Shown here in pieces: positions 9,460 to 20,636 of a stretch of DNA of 64,000 nt; position 1 is the first letter of the stretch; every line of letters starts with the position of its first letter. The stretch is from an uncultured Lentimicrobiaceae bacterium. Lineage in GTDB: Bacteria; Bacteroidota; Bacteroidia; Bacteroidales; WCHB1-69. Position numbers and translations under genes: made by a program. Under the pieces are notes generated by a model. It had not been told where the DNA came from, did no database searches, and saw only the letters and a list, made by a program, of their open reading frames with translations. The stretch covers positions 1,349-65,348 of the forward strand of contig CAZZHH010000016.1 in the NCBI GenBank assembly GCA_964653595.1, given 5' to 3'.

Positions 9460-10497
9460 ATGGGTTTTGAAGATAATTTTACCGTAGAACGCTCTAGAGT
9501 TCCATTATCAAAAGAAGACTTTATAAGCGACCAAATGGTTAAATGGTGCTCCGGATGCGGTGGCCATGCCATTCTTTCCTCTGTTGGAAATGTTTTCCCA
9601 AAAATTGGGTATAGAAAAGAGAATTTTTGTATGGTCTCTGGAATTGGATGTTCTTCTCGTTTTCCATATTATGTTAACACATACGGATTTCATGGGATAC
9701 ATGGACGTGCTTATCCAATTGCGTCAGGCGTAAAAATGGCGAATCCTCACTTAAGTGTTTGGATTACTTCTGGAGATGGTGATTCCATGGCTATTGGAGG
9801 AAACCACTTTATTCATATCATTCGAAGAAATTTAGATGTGAATGTTTTGTTGTTTAACAATCAAATTTATGGATTAACAAAAGGACAATATTCTCCTACA
9901 ACCCCTATGGGCACTGTTACAAAAACATCTCCTTATGGAACGATAGAACACCCTTTTAATCCTGGAGAATTAGTACTTGGGGCTCAAGGTACTTTTTTTG
10001 CCAGAGTTGTTGATACCAAACCTAAATTAATGACTGAAGTTTTCTTTGAGGCCGCAAAACATGATGGCACTTCTGTTGTTGAAATATTGGAAAATTGTGT
10101 GATTTTTGCAGATGGAACCCATAAAAATGTTACCGGAAAAGATGTAAAAGACGACAATCAACTGATTCTTAAGAATGGTGAACCTATGATTTTTGGAGCT
10201 GAAAAAAACAAGGGAATTATTCTTGGAAAAAACGGATTAGAAGTTGTTACCATTGGAGAGGAATATCAAAAAAGCGATTTACTTGTTCATGATATGTATG
10301 CTCAGGATCCTGGTATTCACTTAATGTTGGCAAAAATGCAACCTCCATATTTTCCAATTGCATTGGGTGTAATTCGCGCTGCAATGTTCCCAACGTATGA
10401 TGATTTGATGGACGAACAAATCGCCTATGCTAAATCAAACTCAAAAATCTCTTGTGTAGATGACTTACTAAATAGCGGTGATACATGGGAGGTCTAA
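9460..10497 (+). CDS. korB: 2-oxoglutarate/2-oxoacid:ferredoxin oxidoreductase subunit beta (TPP-binding)
   Basis: WCSGCGGH Cys motif and the GDGD...NN TPP-binding signature (SGDGDSMAIGGNHFIH...LFNNQIYGLTKGQ). Confidence 0.88.
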   Translation: MGFEDNFTVERSRVPLSKEDFISDQMVKWCSGCGGHAILSSVGNVFPKIGYRKENFCMVSGIGCSSRFPYYVNTYGFHGIHGRAYPIASGVKMANPHLSVWITSGDGDSMAIGGNHFIHIIRRNLDVNVLLFNNQIYGLTKGQYSPTTPMGTVTKTSPYGTIEHPFNPGELVLGAQGTFFARVVDTKPKLMTEVFFEAAKHDGTSVVEILENCVIFADGTHKNVTGKDVKDDNQLILKNGEPMIFGAEKNKGIILGKNGLEVVTIGEEYQKSDLLVHDMYAQDPGIHLMLAKMQPPYFPIALGVIRAAMFPTYDDLMDEQIAYAKSNSKISCVDDLLNSGDTWEV

Positions 10498-10536
10498 TTC
10501 TCTGACAAAGTTTGTCGACTATAGATTTTTAATCAT

Positions 10537-10576
10537 AAAAAGAGAGAGATTCAACATTGAATCTCTCTCTTTTTTT
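10537..10576. terminator. Bidirectional intrinsic terminator between the convergent korB and alkylation-repair genes
   Basis: 14-bp perfect stem AGAGAGAGATTCAA/TTGAATCTCTCTCT (10541-10570), flanked by an A-run on the left and a T-run on the right. Confidence 0.75.
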
Positions 10577-10582
10577 ATCATC

Positions 10583-11290
10583 TTAGCAACGACAGGTTTT
10601 TCTTTTTTTTCCTACATTTCCAGTATCCATTACTTTTTGGATATACTCTTTTGCAAGAGGGACTTTGCAAGCAGTACTAGCTAGGGTAACTTCCACTTTT
10701 CCAATTTTTTCTGATGCTTGTAGTGCTTTGGGTGTTAACTCCTGAATGTATGAACCAACAGAAATGACAAAGCTATTCATCGCATATTTCACTCTGTTTT
10801 GTGCTTTACTTATGGTTGCAACTACTAAATCAATCAATTCACTATACTTGTTAATATCCAACTCTTCATCGGGATGCATGCCTGCATGATACGCCAATGT
10901 TCCCCAACCAGCAGCGGCAATCCCTTCTTTATCGGAGGTAATCCATTTTTGACCTAACTTAAATCCATACGGCGACTCCCCAGCAACCCATGGAACTGCA
11001 AATTCACTTAAATAATACCAATAAGCATTTTCAACCCAATCATTAAGTTGCTCTTCTGTTATGCGTTTTTCATCGGCCATCAGTGCAGCCAAATACATAG
11101 CATCGGAGTTGCCTGTTGCGTATAATTCAAGAGAGAGCTCATGATTTTTCTTGGTCTTTTTTAGAATTTTCTTCAGGTCAGCTACCTTTACTCCAAAGAA
11201 TGGTTCTTTTGCCCCATGTTTCATCAAAGTCTTTTTAGTTTGAGCATCTCCCATTTTTTCGAGCTCTGCCATTATCTCTTTTGCATTCAT
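10583..11290 (-). CDS. DNA alkylation repair protein (AlkC/AlkD-like HEAT-repeat family)
   Basis: N-terminal pattern MNAKEIMAELEKMGDAQTKKTLMKHGAKEPFFGVKVADLKKI and the overall length are typical of this family. Confidence 0.75.
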   Translation of the reverse strand: MNAKEIMAELEKMGDAQTKKTLMKHGAKEPFFGVKVADLKKILKKTKKNHELSLELYATGNSDAMYLAALMADEKRITEEQLNDWVENAYWYYLSEFAVPWVAGESPYGFKLGQKWITSDKEGIAAAGWGTLAYHAGMHPDEELDINKYSELIDLVVATISKAQNRVKYAMNSFVISVGSYIQELTPKALQASEKIGKVEVTLASTACKVPLAKEYIQKVMDTGNVGKKRKTCRC

Positions 11291-11302
11291 ATTTAAACGT
11301 CT

Positions 11303-13057
11303 TTAAATTGGCAAATTGGCCACGTTGATATTCAATTCTTTCAACTGCTCATCGCTCACTTCCGATGGAGCTTCACTCATTAAGTCCCTGCCTGAATTAT
11401 TTTTTGGAAATGCAATAAAATCACGGATAGAATCGACACCAGAGAAAACAGCACACAACCTATCGAACCCAAAAGCGATGCCACCATGAGGAGGGGCACC
11501 ATATTCAAATGCATTCATTAAAAACCCAAATTGAGATTGAGCGCTTTCTGGAGAAAAGCCAAGAATGGAGAACATTCTATTTTGCAACTCTTTGTTATAA
11601 ATACGAATTGAGCCACCACCAATTTCAACTCCATTAATAACCAAATCGTAAGCGTTTGCTCTAACTGCTTTTGCGTTTGTATCGAGTAGGGCAATATCTT
11701 CTGGTTTTGGAGATGTAAATGGATGGTGCTTTGCATAAAAACGAGCGGTATCGTCGTCCCACTCAAGCAAAGGAAAATCGATTACCCACAGGGGTGCGAA
11801 AGTTCCTGGAGTACGTAATCCCTTGCGAGAGGCAACCTCTAAACGCAATTCACAAAGTGCTTTTTGAGCTTTTTCCTCATTTCCTGGAATAATCAACATC
11901 AAATCTCCGCGACTTGCTTGCATTTTTTCTGCTATTTTTAACAAATCAGATTCTGTAAAAAATTTATCCACAGATGATTTCAGGGTACCATCTTCATTAT
12001 ATCGGATATATATTAAGCCATTAGCACCTACCTGAGGGCGTTTTACAAAGTCGGTAAGTTCATCTATCTGTTTACGTGTATAAGAAGCACACCCCTCGGC
12101 ATTTATCCCGATTATCAACTCAGCATCATCAAACACCTTGAAATCTTTTCCTTTAACCAGTGAATTTAATTCCACAAACTTCATCTCAAATCGTATATCT
12201 GGCTTATCAGAACCATAATATTTCATAGCATCAGCATAGGTAATACGAGGAAAATCACCAAAATCGAGTCCTTTGATGGTTTTAAATAGACTTTTTACAA
12301 GTCCTTCAAACGTGTTTAGAATATCTTCTTGTTCTACAAAAGACATCTCACAATCAATTTGGGTAAACTCTGGTTGCCGATCGGCACGTAAATCCTCATC
12401 GCGGAAACAACGTACAATTTGAAAATACCTATCGAAACCAGATACCATTAACAGTTGTTTATACTGTTGAGGAGATTGCGGAAGAGCATAAAACTGGCCT
12501 GGATTCATACGTGAAGGCACAATAAAATCTCGAGCTCCTTCTGGTGTAGATTTTATTAAAAAAGGAGTCTCTATTTCTAAAAAGCCAATGTTGTTCAAAT
12601 AATTTCTAACTTCGATTCCAATTTGGTGACGAAGTATTAAATTGTTTTTGTTTACATTTCGCCTTAAATCTAAATATCTATATTTCATTCTTAGCTCGTC
12701 ACCCCCATCGCTATGGTCATCGATCGTAAAAGGTGGAACTTTTGATTCATTTAAAACGATAATTGTTTCTACAACAATTTCAATATCCCCTGTATGAATA
12801 TTTGGATTTTTATTCGATCTTTCGGTAACATTGCCTGTAACTTGAATCACCCATTCTCTTCCAAGTTTCCGAGCCTGTTGACAAAGCTCAGAGTTGGTTT
12901 CCATATTAAAAGCAAGTTGAGTTATACCATATCTATCTCGAAGATCCACAAAGGTCATCCCGCCTAAATCGCGAGAACGTTGTACCCATCCGGTAAGAAT
13001 AACTTTTTGATGGAGGTCTTTTAATGTGAGTTGGCCACAAGTATGAGTTCTTAGCAT
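11303..13057 (-). CDS. aspS: Aspartate--tRNA ligase
   Basis: Class II aaRS motifs ([35 protein letters not shown]). N-terminal OB fold begins [11 protein letters not shown]. Confidence 0.95.
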   Translation of the reverse strand: MLRTHTCGQLTLKDLHQKVILTGWVQRSRDLGGMTFVDLRDRYGITQLAFNMETNSELCQQARKLGREWVIQVTGNVTERSNKNPNIHTGDIEIVVETIIVLNESKVPPFTIDDHSDGGDELRMKYRYLDLRRNVNKNNLILRHQIGIEVRNYLNNIGFLEIETPFLIKSTPEGARDFIVPSRMNPGQFYALPQSPQQYKQLLMVSGFDRYFQIVRCFRDEDLRADRQPEFTQIDCEMSFVEQEDILNTFEGLVKSLFKTIKGLDFGDFPRITYADAMKYYGSDKPDIRFEMKFVELNSLVKGKDFKVFDDAELIIGINAEGCASYTRKQIDELTDFVKRPQVGANGLIYIRYNEDGTLKSSVDKFFTESDLLKIAEKMQASRGDLMLIIPGNEEKAQKALCELRLEVASRKGLRTPGTFAPLWVIDFPLLEWDDDTARFYAKHHPFTSPKPEDIALLDTNAKAVRANAYDLVINGVEIGGGSIRIYNKELQNRMFSILGFSPESAQSQFGFLMNAFEYGAPPHGGIAFGFDRLCAVFSGVDSIRDFIAFPKNNSGRDLMSEAPSEVSDEQLKELNINVANLPI

Positions 13058-13172
13058 GATAAAAAAGTATTAATTACAATAAATTTTAAATGCAAAGTTA
13101 AAACAATTTTGTGAGTTATTGAAAATTGAGAGATAGAGAGCTGATAGCAAAAAAAGTAATCATCCTTTTTTG

Positions 13173-13180
13173 TACTTTTG
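13173..13180 (+). promoter_or_regulatory. Bacteroidota -7 promoter box TACTTTTG
   Basis: TAnnTTTG located 21 nt upstream of the ATG at 13201. It lies inside the track ORF that starts at 13126. Confidence 0.45.
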
Positions 13181-13200
13181 CAAAAACTTATAATCCAGAG

Positions 13201-14076
13201 ATGGCTATACTTGATATTTCAGATTCTACTAGTGTGCCCAACAACGCAGCAAAAGAAAAGCTAAGCTATAAGGACTCTGTGCTTCATTTATATACCCCTA
13301 AACACTGGATTACCTGGTTCGACTCCACTTCTTATTATCAAACGGATTCCATTTCATATATACCTTCTGTTTTTAATAATCACTCCCTTAAAACTTCTTA
13401 CCACAAACCATTAATAAATGGGGTTGAAAACAGAAATTGGCTTTTTGGGTTACTTCTGATAATCACTATATTATATGTATACATTCATACAAACTTCCAC
13501 AACAGATATTCACAAGTAAAAAGAGCATTTATAGCTAAAAGGTATTATTCGCTTCTTATTCGTGATGGTAATATTTTTAAAGAAAGAATTGTCATCCCAA
13601 TAATGATTATTTTTTTAATAAGTTTTTCGTTGGTAATCTATTGTACCTTTGAATATTTGTTTACTGTTTCGCAAATTTTTTCATCCAAGACAACTCTTTT
13701 TGTCTATGTTTTGATAGGAGTTATATTGTATCAACTAGGAAAGTCTTTTTTTATTCAAGTGCTTGGAGAAATTTTTTATGCTCGAAATGAAACAGAAGCA
13801 TATATTCTTGACAACTTGCTATTTAAATCTTTTGTTAGTCTTTTTTTGCTCCCATTGCTATGGCTTTTCATCTACTCTCAATTTGGATTAGTATTAATTC
13901 TGATATGGGTAATTATTGGAGTCTTGACAACCATTCGACTCATAAAAGCGGTAAATAATTGGCTTGGAGTTTTCTCCTTTTTCAAATTAATTTTGTACCT
14001 TTGCACTCTGGAACTATTACCAATCGTTATTCTTGCGAAAGCAATGCAAATAATTATTGAACGATATACAATTTAA
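13201..14076 (+). CDS. Polytopic membrane protein, DUF4271-like
   Basis: Multiple TM helices. Its position directly upstream of hemD is a conserved Bacteroidota arrangement as I recall it. Start moved to the ATG after the -7 box. Confidence 0.6.
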   Translation: MAILDISDSTSVPNNAAKEKLSYKDSVLHLYTPKHWITWFDSTSYYQTDSISYIPSVFNNHSLKTSYHKPLINGVENRNWLFGLLLIITILYVYIHTNFHNRYSQVKRAFIAKRYYSLLIRDGNIFKERIVIPIMIIFLISFSLVIYCTFEYLFTVSQIFSSKTTLFVYVLIGVILYQLGKSFFIQVLGEIFYARNETEAYILDNLLFKSFVSLFLLPLLWLFIYSQFGLVLILIWVIIGVLTTIRLIKAVNNWLGVFSFFKLILYLCTLELLPIVILAKAMQIIIERYTI

Positions 14077-14098
14077 TAATGTTTAAAATCAGTTAGCG

Positions 14099-14860
14099 GT
14101 GAAAATACAAAACATTCTTATTTCACAACCAAAACCTGTTGATTTTGAAAAATCTCCATATGCAGAAATAGTAAAAAAACACAATGTTAAAATAGATTTC
14201 TTAAAGTTTTTTTCCATAGAAGAAATTCCTGCTACCGAATTTAGAAAATATCGAATTAATATTTTGGATTATTCTGCGGTAATCCTGATGAGCAAAAATG
14301 CAATTGACCATTTTTTTCGAATGGCAAAAGAATTACGGATTGAGATTCCTGACTCCATGAAGTATTTTTGTGTTAATGAAGCCACTGCTCTCTATTTACA
14401 ACGCTACATTACTTATCGAAAAAGAAAAATATTCTTCAGTAAATCTTCTATGCCAGAGCTTGTGGATATTATTTTAAAACACAAAAACGAAAAATACATA
14501 ATACCTACAGCAGACGCCAATGGTGGATTGATTGCAACCAATCTTATCGAAAACGGCATCTCTTTTACTCCTGCACTTATGTTTGCCAGTAAATCGGTAG
14601 ATTTAAAAAGCTTAATTAACATTGAGAACTATCAGATGGTAGTAATTTTTAGCCCTTCCGGAATGCAATCTCTATTTGAAAACTATCCAGATTTTAAAGA
14701 AAAAAACATAGAAATAGCGGCATTAGGGAAAAACACCTGCAATGTAATTGAAACCCATGGACTCACCCCCTCTTTTATGGCACCCACTCCCGATTGTCCA
14801 TCGATTACTATTGCCTTAAATCAATATTTAAAAAAAGCCAATAAAGGTCAAAAGAAATAA
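14099..14860 (+). CDS. hemD: Uroporphyrinogen-III synthase-like protein
   Basis: About 250 aa with the ILISQPKP... N-terminus typical of Bacteroidota HemD-family proteins. GTG start. Confidence 0.7.
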   Translation: MKIQNILISQPKPVDFEKSPYAEIVKKHNVKIDFLKFFSIEEIPATEFRKYRINILDYSAVILMSKNAIDHFFRMAKELRIEIPDSMKYFCVNEATALYLQRYITYRKRKIFFSKSSMPELVDIILKHKNEKYIIPTADANGGLIATNLIENGISFTPALMFASKSVDLKSLINIENYQMVVIFSPSGMQSLFENYPDFKEKNIEIAALGKNTCNVIETHGLTPSFMAPTPDCPSITIALNQYLKKANKGQKK

Positions 14861-14862
14861 TA

Positions 14863-15267
14863 ATGTACACTTTTAAAAAAGAGGAGCGTTTGTGTTCTCA
14901 CAACCAAATTCAAGAGTTGTTGAAACATGGAAGTTCCTTTTTTGAATTTCCATTTCGTTGTATTTGGTTCGTAGCCGACAAAACTGAACATCCTGTTCAA
15001 ATTGCATTTTCTGTTCCTAAAAGGAAAATAAAACATGCGAATAAACGAAATTACATAAAACGACAAATACGTAATGCCTATAGAATTGAGAAACACACTC
15101 TCACAGAAAGGGCATTTACAAATCAAAAATCAATTCTTTGCATTCTCGTTTACAACAGTTCGGAAATTTTTCCCTATAAAGTGATAGAACAAAAAATAAA
15201 AACGATTGTAAGCCGTTTAGAAGAGCAACTTTTTGTATCTTTGGAAAACAATAAACCTAAAACTTAA
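14863..15267 (+). CDS. rnpA: Ribonuclease P protein component
   Basis: [17 protein letters not shown]... and the basic RNR-like region [22 protein letters not shown]. Sits next to yidD. Confidence 0.85.
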   Translation: MYTFKKEERLCSHNQIQELLKHGSSFFEFPFRCIWFVADKTEHPVQIAFSVPKRKIKHANKRNYIKRQIRNAYRIEKHTLTERAFTNQKSILCILVYNSSEIFPYKVIEQKIKTIVSRLEEQLFVSLENNKPKT

Positions 15268-15305
15268 TTTCAAGCATAAGCAACTTGGCTGTTAAATTAA
15301 AAAAA

Positions 15306-15548
15306 ATGAGTAGAATAATTGAGTGGTTTTTATATCCCATCAAGATAATCTTTTTGTTTATAATTAAGTTTTACCAATTGGTAATTTCTCCACTTACACC
15401 CCCCTCGTGTAGGTACACTCCTTCTTGTTCGGCATACAGTGCTCAGGCAATCAAAAAACATGGACCGATAAAAGGGGGATGGTTTGCCATAAAAAGAATA
15501 TTATCGTGCAACCCATGGGGTGGAAGTGGTTATGATCCCGTTCCATAA
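15306..15548 (+). CDS. yidD: Membrane protein insertion efficiency factor YidD
   Basis: Signature [31 protein letters not shown]...[11 protein letters not shown] at 15306 preferred over the TTG at 15285. Confidence 0.88.
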   Translation: MSRIIEWFLYPIKIIFLFIIKFYQLVISPLTPPSCRYTPSCSAYSAQAIKKHGPIKGGWFAIKRILSCNPWGGSGYDPVP

Positions 15549-15579
15549 AATCAAATTCAAAACGACAAAAAAACATCAA

Positions 15580-17250
15580 ATGAAAATATTAAAATCATTA
15601 TCTTCTACTAAAAAAAGAGTACTTCTTTTCATTTCCATTGTAATTATTGGGTGGGGCGGAACTTCGTTTATTGATCAGGATTTCGAAATTGCCAAACAGA
15701 TCGATATTTTTGCATCCGTATTGCGCGAGTTAAATGCTAATTATGTAGATGATATTAACCCCGGAGACCTAGTAAAAACTGCTATCGATGAAATGTTAAA
15801 ATCTCTCGATCCATATACTGTTTACTATCCCGAAAGCGATTTAGAAGAATTTAAACTACTTACAACAGGTCAATACGGAGGAATAGGATCCATGATTCAA
15901 ATACAAGGGGATTATGTAGTGGTTAGCGACCCTTATGAGAACTCACCTGCACAAAAAGCGGGACTCAAAGCAGGCGATAAAATTATTGAAATTAACGGGA
16001 AAAGTGCTAAAGGAAAAACCACGAGTGAGGTGAGCGCAGCTCTAAAAGGGCAACCAGGCACAACTGTAAAAATTCTAATTCAATCGTATGGCGAAACTGC
16101 CACTGTAGAAAAAACAATCACTCGTGAAGAGATTAAACTTCCCAACATCCCATACGCAGAAAAAGTCGCCGACGACATTGCTTATATCAATTTATCCCAA
16201 TTTACCGAAAATGCATCTAAAGAAGTCAAAGAAGCGTTTTTAAGACAAAAAAAAGAGGGTGCTAAATCGCTAATTTTAGATTTAAGAGGAAATGGTGGTG
16301 GACTTTTACAAGAGGCCGTGTTAATAATGAACATCTTTGTTGACAAAAACAACACCATTGTGAGCACCAAAGGGAAGTTAAAAGAAAAAAACTTTGATCA
16401 TAAAACCATTTTCCCTGCTATTGACACTGAAATTCCAATAGTAGTCCTAGTTGATGAGTCTAGTGCTTCTGCATCAGAAATTGTGGCTGGTTCGTTTCAA
16501 GATTTAGACCGTGGCGTTATCATTGGAAAAAGAACATTTGGCAAAGGCTTAGTCCAAAACATAGTTCCTCTCTCCTACAACACACGAATGAAAGTAACCA
16601 TCTCGAAATATTTTATTCCTAGTGGCAGATGTATTCAAGCCATTGACTATGGAGATAAATCGGAGGGTAAAAACCACAAGAAAGTATCTGATTCTACCTA
16701 TGTAGCATATAAAACAAAAAACGGACGATTAGTATATGATAAAGGAGGAATTGAGCCAGATATAACCACTCCCAATCCCAAAAGTATCCCTGTAGTTGGA
16801 AGTTTGTATGTTAACAACTTGTTTTTCGATTTTGCTAATCATTTTGCTAAAAACAACAAAACAATTCCTACCCCTAAAAAATTTATAATCACAGAAGATA
16901 TTTATCAACAGTTTGTGTCGTTCGTAAAACAGAAAAAAGAGATTCAATATACTACCCAAACTGAAAAAACACTTGCTTCTTTAAAAACGTTAGCAGAAGA
17001 TGAACAATATTATAACGCTATAAGTGAAGAATTTACTAGATTGCAAAAAAAATTATCCTTGGAGAAAGAACAAGATTTGACAAAATATAAAAAAGAGATT
17101 TGCACCATTCTTAGATCCGAAATAGTAAGTCGTTACTATTATCAAAAAGGACAAATAGAAGTGATGCTTTCAGATGATCCAGAATTACAAAAAGCAGTTG
17201 AAATTCTTCATGAGTCCCGTAAATACAAGGAAATTCTAAAAATAAAATAA
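15580..17250 (+). CDS. S41 family C-terminal processing peptidase (PDZ domain)
   Basis: PDZ region (SPAQKAGLKAGDKIIEING). S41 catalytic region (LDLRGNGGGLL...SASASEIVAG...GKRTFGKGLVQ). ATG at 15580 (MKILKSL signal/TM) avoids overlap with yidD. Confidence 0.85.
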   Translation: MKILKSLSSTKKRVLLFISIVIIGWGGTSFIDQDFEIAKQIDIFASVLRELNANYVDDINPGDLVKTAIDEMLKSLDPYTVYYPESDLEEFKLLTTGQYGGIGSMIQIQGDYVVVSDPYENSPAQKAGLKAGDKIIEINGKSAKGKTTSEVSAALKGQPGTTVKILIQSYGETATVEKTITREEIKLPNIPYAEKVADDIAYINLSQFTENASKEVKEAFLRQKKEGAKSLILDLRGNGGGLLQEAVLIMNIFVDKNNTIVSTKGKLKEKNFDHKTIFPAIDTEIPIVVLVDESSASASEIVAGSFQDLDRGVIIGKRTFGKGLVQNIVPLSYNTRMKVTISKYFIPSGRCIQAIDYGDKSEGKNHKKVSDSTYVAYKTKNGRLVYDKGGIEPDITTPNPKSIPVVGSLYVNNLFFDFANHFAKNNKTIPTPKKFIITEDIYQQFVSFVKQKKEIQYTTQTEKTLASLKTLAEDEQYYNAISEEFTRLQKKLSLEKEQDLTKYKKEICTILRSEIVSRYYYQKGQIEVMLSDDPELQKAVEILHESRKYKEILKIK

Positions 17251-17341
17251 GAATGACCCTTTTTGTATTGAACTTCCATTTTGTACAATAATTACTTGAA
17301 ACTCTCGTTTGAAAAAACAGGGTTAAATTAAACTTTTTATT

Positions 17342-18943
17342 TTGAAAATAGACATACTCAGGCATCGAATTTTTCTCTTTGGGGTAATATTATTGGCTAT
17401 CTCTTTACCTACATCGAAATTTGGCATGAGCATCTCCCAAATGATACTTGCGGCCAATTGGCTAATTGACAAAGATTTAATACAAAAACTAAACGCATTT
17501 ATTCGCAATAAAGTAGCTTTAAGTTTTTCACTCCTGTTTTTTGTACATACTGTTTGGCTTGCGAATACAATCAATTTCGAATATGCAATGCTTGATTTGA
17601 GAATCAAATCTCCAATTTTAATATTGGCAATCATCTTTTCAACCACTCCTTCCCTTACAATTAAAGAGTTTAAAACCGTTTTAGTATTACATGTATTATC
17701 GGTATTGTTAATGAGTATGATTGGGTTTTACATTTATTATTTCGAAAACCCTACCGATTTTAGAGACATTTCGCCGTTTATTTCACATATCCGGTTATCG
17801 TTAAATGTCTGTATTGCCATCTTTACCTTAGTTTATTTTATTTTTCACACACAAGATATCTTTTTTAAAACAAAATATATTTTATTTGCCAGCAAGTTTG
17901 TTATCCTATCTCTTATATTCTGGTTTTTAAACTTCCTCTCTCTCTTACAATCCGCAACGGGGATTTTTTTATTTATATTTGTCGGGTTAGTTTTAATCTT
18001 AAAATATATCATTCAAAAAGAGATCTCTAAAAAATCTAAAATCACCTTATTATCCTTAATTCTACTCATCCCATTGTTTCTCGTTGGATTTATTTACATC
18101 TCGTTTAAAACGTACATGTATCGCCCACCTGTAAACATAGAATCGCTTGAAAAGACAACTCCCTATGGCGAAACATACCGCCATGACACTATTTTTTTCA
18201 CCACTGAGAATCAACAATGGATTGGATTATATTTATGCGAATCGGAACTTGAAAAAGCATGGAACCAGAGAAGCAATATGAAGTATAACTCCAAAGATGA
18301 AAGAGGAAATATTATCAATTATACCCTAATACGTTACCTCACATCTATGAATCTTAGAAAAGATAGAGATGGGGTAAACGCATTATCCAAAGAGGATATT
18401 TCAAACATCGAAAAAGGAATAGCGAATAAAAACTACACCAGAGGTATTGGAATAAAGCATAGGCTTCATAAGCTTTATTGGGAATATTTAATGAATAAAA
18501 CGAATGGAGACATAAAAGGACACAGCATGTTTCAACGCTTAGAACTTTGGAAAACTTCTGTTGAAATTTTGAAAAAAAACTGGCTATTTGGTGCTGGAAC
18601 TGGAGATGTGCCAGATGTTTTTAAGCAAGAATTAATGGAGAAAAACTCTCCTTTAAAAGAGACGAGAATGCGAAGCCACAATCAATATTTATCCCTTTTT
18701 ATTGCTTTTGGTATTTTCGGTTTTTTACTTTGCTTATTCTCTTTTATATATCCATTTTTTAAAACAAAACAGTTTTTTGACTATTTTTGTATGGTTTTTC
18801 TAATTGTATTTTTTGTGTCCATGATTACAGAAGATACAATTGAGTCTCAAGATGGAGTTACTTTTTATGCGTTTTTCTCATCACTTTATCTTTTTTTAAA
18901 ACCACTTAATAGAGAACAATTTAACAACAAAACGAATGATTAG
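17342..18943 (+). CDS. O-antigen ligase/polymerase (Wzy_C) family membrane protein
   Basis: At least 10 TM helices and a periplasmic loop with RLELWK...GAGTGD...RSHNQYLSL, typical of the O-antigen ligase domain. The start (TTG) is uncertain. Confidence 0.7.
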   Translation: MKIDILRHRIFLFGVILLAISLPTSKFGMSISQMILAANWLIDKDLIQKLNAFIRNKVALSFSLLFFVHTVWLANTINFEYAMLDLRIKSPILILAIIFSTTPSLTIKEFKTVLVLHVLSVLLMSMIGFYIYYFENPTDFRDISPFISHIRLSLNVCIAIFTLVYFIFHTQDIFFKTKYILFASKFVILSLIFWFLNFLSLLQSATGIFLFIFVGLVLILKYIIQKEISKKSKITLLSLILLIPLFLVGFIYISFKTYMYRPPVNIESLEKTTPYGETYRHDTIFFTTENQQWIGLYLCESELEKAWNQRSNMKYNSKDERGNIINYTLIRYLTSMNLRKDRDGVNALSKEDISNIEKGIANKNYTRGIGIKHRLHKLYWEYLMNKTNGDIKGHSMFQRLELWKTSVEILKKNWLFGAGTGDVPDVFKQELMEKNSPLKETRMRSHNQYLSLFIAFGIFGFLLCLFSFIYPFFKTKQFFDYFCMVFLIVFFVSMITEDTIESQDGVTFYAFFSSLYLFLKPLNREQFNNKTND

Positions 18944-19418
18944 GACAAAAAATATTGAATATAAAGAATTCAAAACCAGAGAAGAGTTAGATGAATTAGA
19001 TCGAAATCTTCTACAAAAAGCAACCGAGGCTTCTCAAAGTGCATACGCTCCATATTCCGAATTCAGAGTGGGAGCAGCTTTGTTGTTAGAAAATGGGGAG
19101 ATTGTAACAGGAAACAACCAAGAAAACGCTGCATATCCTTCGGGTTTATGCGCCGAAAGAGTTGCTATGTTTTATGCATCCGCAAAATATCCAAATGTTT
19201 CTTTTAAAGCCATAGCAATTACCGCTAACAGTGATAAAATTATGATCAGCGATCCAGTTTCGCCATGTGGAGCTTGTCGTCAGGTGATGAAAGAATACGA
19301 AGTCCTTTCTAAAAATCCAATAAAAGTAATATTAGCAGGTCAAACTGGTGCCGTATACATCATAGAGAGCGTGAACGATCTACTTCCTTTTGGTTTTGGA
19401 CCAAACAATATAAAATAA
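18936..19418 (+). CDS. cdd: Cytidine deaminase
   Basis: Zinc-binding motifs CAERVA and PCGACRQ. Length 160 aa. Confidence 0.88.
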   Translation: MIRTKNIEYKEFKTREELDELDRNLLQKATEASQSAYAPYSEFRVGAALLLENGEIVTGNNQENAAYPSGLCAERVAMFYASAKYPNVSFKAIAITANSDKIMISDPVSPCGACRQVMKEYEVLSKNPIKVILAGQTGAVYIIESVNDLLPFGFGPNNIK

Positions 19419-19465
19419 CCGGTTCTGCTTTTTGTAATGCTTCTTTATAAATAAAATGTAACAGC

Positions 19466-20440
19466 ATGGGTTTTAGTATTTCGGTTGTCATTCCAAATTA
19501 TAATGGTAGATCTCTTTTAGAACAGAATATACCACTTGTCATAAATGCACTAGAAACATCTAATATCCATGACTATGAAATTATCATTCCCGATGATAAT
19601 TCTGTCGACGATTCAGTATCCTTTCTCAAAAACAGTTATCCTCAAATTGAGGTAATTGAAAGTACAAAAAATTGTGGATTTTCGGGAAATACAAACAAAG
19701 GCATTTATGCTGCCAGTAAAGATTTGATATTCATTTTAAACTCTGATGTACAACTTACTCCTTTCTATTTTACAACCCTATTGCCTTATTTCAATTCTCC
19801 AGACACGTTTGGAGTGTGTGGAAGAATTACATCTATGGATGGTGACAAAATTCAAGATGGTGCAAAATATCCAGAATATAGCTTTTCCAATATCATTTCG
19901 ACCAAAAATTATATTTCCAAGACACAGTATTCGCTACCAACGCTCTTTATGTCGGGCGCAAATGCACTTATAGACAGAGAAAAGTTGCTGAAAATGGGTG
20001 GTTTTAATGAACTATTTAATCCATATTATTCTGAAGACGTAGATCTGGGACTTAGAGCGTGGAGATTGGGTTATAAAATTTACTATGATCATAGAGCAAT
20101 ATGCAAACATCCAAATTCGGAAACGATAAAAAAAGAACCATCAAAAAAAGTAAAAATAATCTCAAAAAGAAATAAACTGTATGTCCATTTTCTTCATCTC
20201 TATGGAGTAGAATTATTCTTTTTCATATTAAAAACCACCCTAAAATATTTGTTTAGGTTATTGGTTTTTGATTTTAAATTTGCAAAATCTTATCATCTTT
20301 TTATAAAAAATATTGCTCCATTAATCCGTATCAAAAAAGAGTTTGAAAAATCAAAAAAAGGATTACAACTTCAAACAATCCTAGAAGTAGTGCACTATAT
20401 AAAATCAGAAATTAAGGATAAAGACATAATTAAGTTTTAA
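19466..20440 (+). CDS. Family 2 glycosyltransferase
   Basis: VVIPNYNG, DDNSVD and LNSDV motifs of the GT-A/GT2 fold. Confidence 0.8.
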   Translation: MGFSISVVIPNYNGRSLLEQNIPLVINALETSNIHDYEIIIPDDNSVDDSVSFLKNSYPQIEVIESTKNCGFSGNTNKGIYAASKDLIFILNSDVQLTPFYFTTLLPYFNSPDTFGVCGRITSMDGDKIQDGAKYPEYSFSNIISTKNYISKTQYSLPTLFMSGANALIDREKLLKMGGFNELFNPYYSEDVDLGLRAWRLGYKIYYDHRAICKHPNSETIKKEPSKKVKIISKRNKLYVHFLHLYGVELFFFILKTTLKYLFRLLVFDFKFAKSYHLFIKNIAPLIRIKKEFEKSKKGLQLQTILEVVHYIKSEIKDKDIIKF

Positions 20441-20636
20441 AAATACACTTCTTTTATCGTTAAAAACAAATTGAATTTTTTAATATCTATCGTAAAACCC
20501 GTCAAGAAATCATTCACTTCTTCTTTAAACTGTTGGCATTATCTTTGTAAAAGCCTAAATCTTTTTTGATATTCAAAAAATATTTGTAATTTTAAAACCT
20601 TTTAATTCTCAAAATTCAAAACTTAATATAAAGATT

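Noticed and set aside
10478-10684. Plus-strand 68-aa ORF after korB
   Set aside because: It reads through the bidirectional terminator and then antisense into the alkylation-repair gene, so it is spurious.
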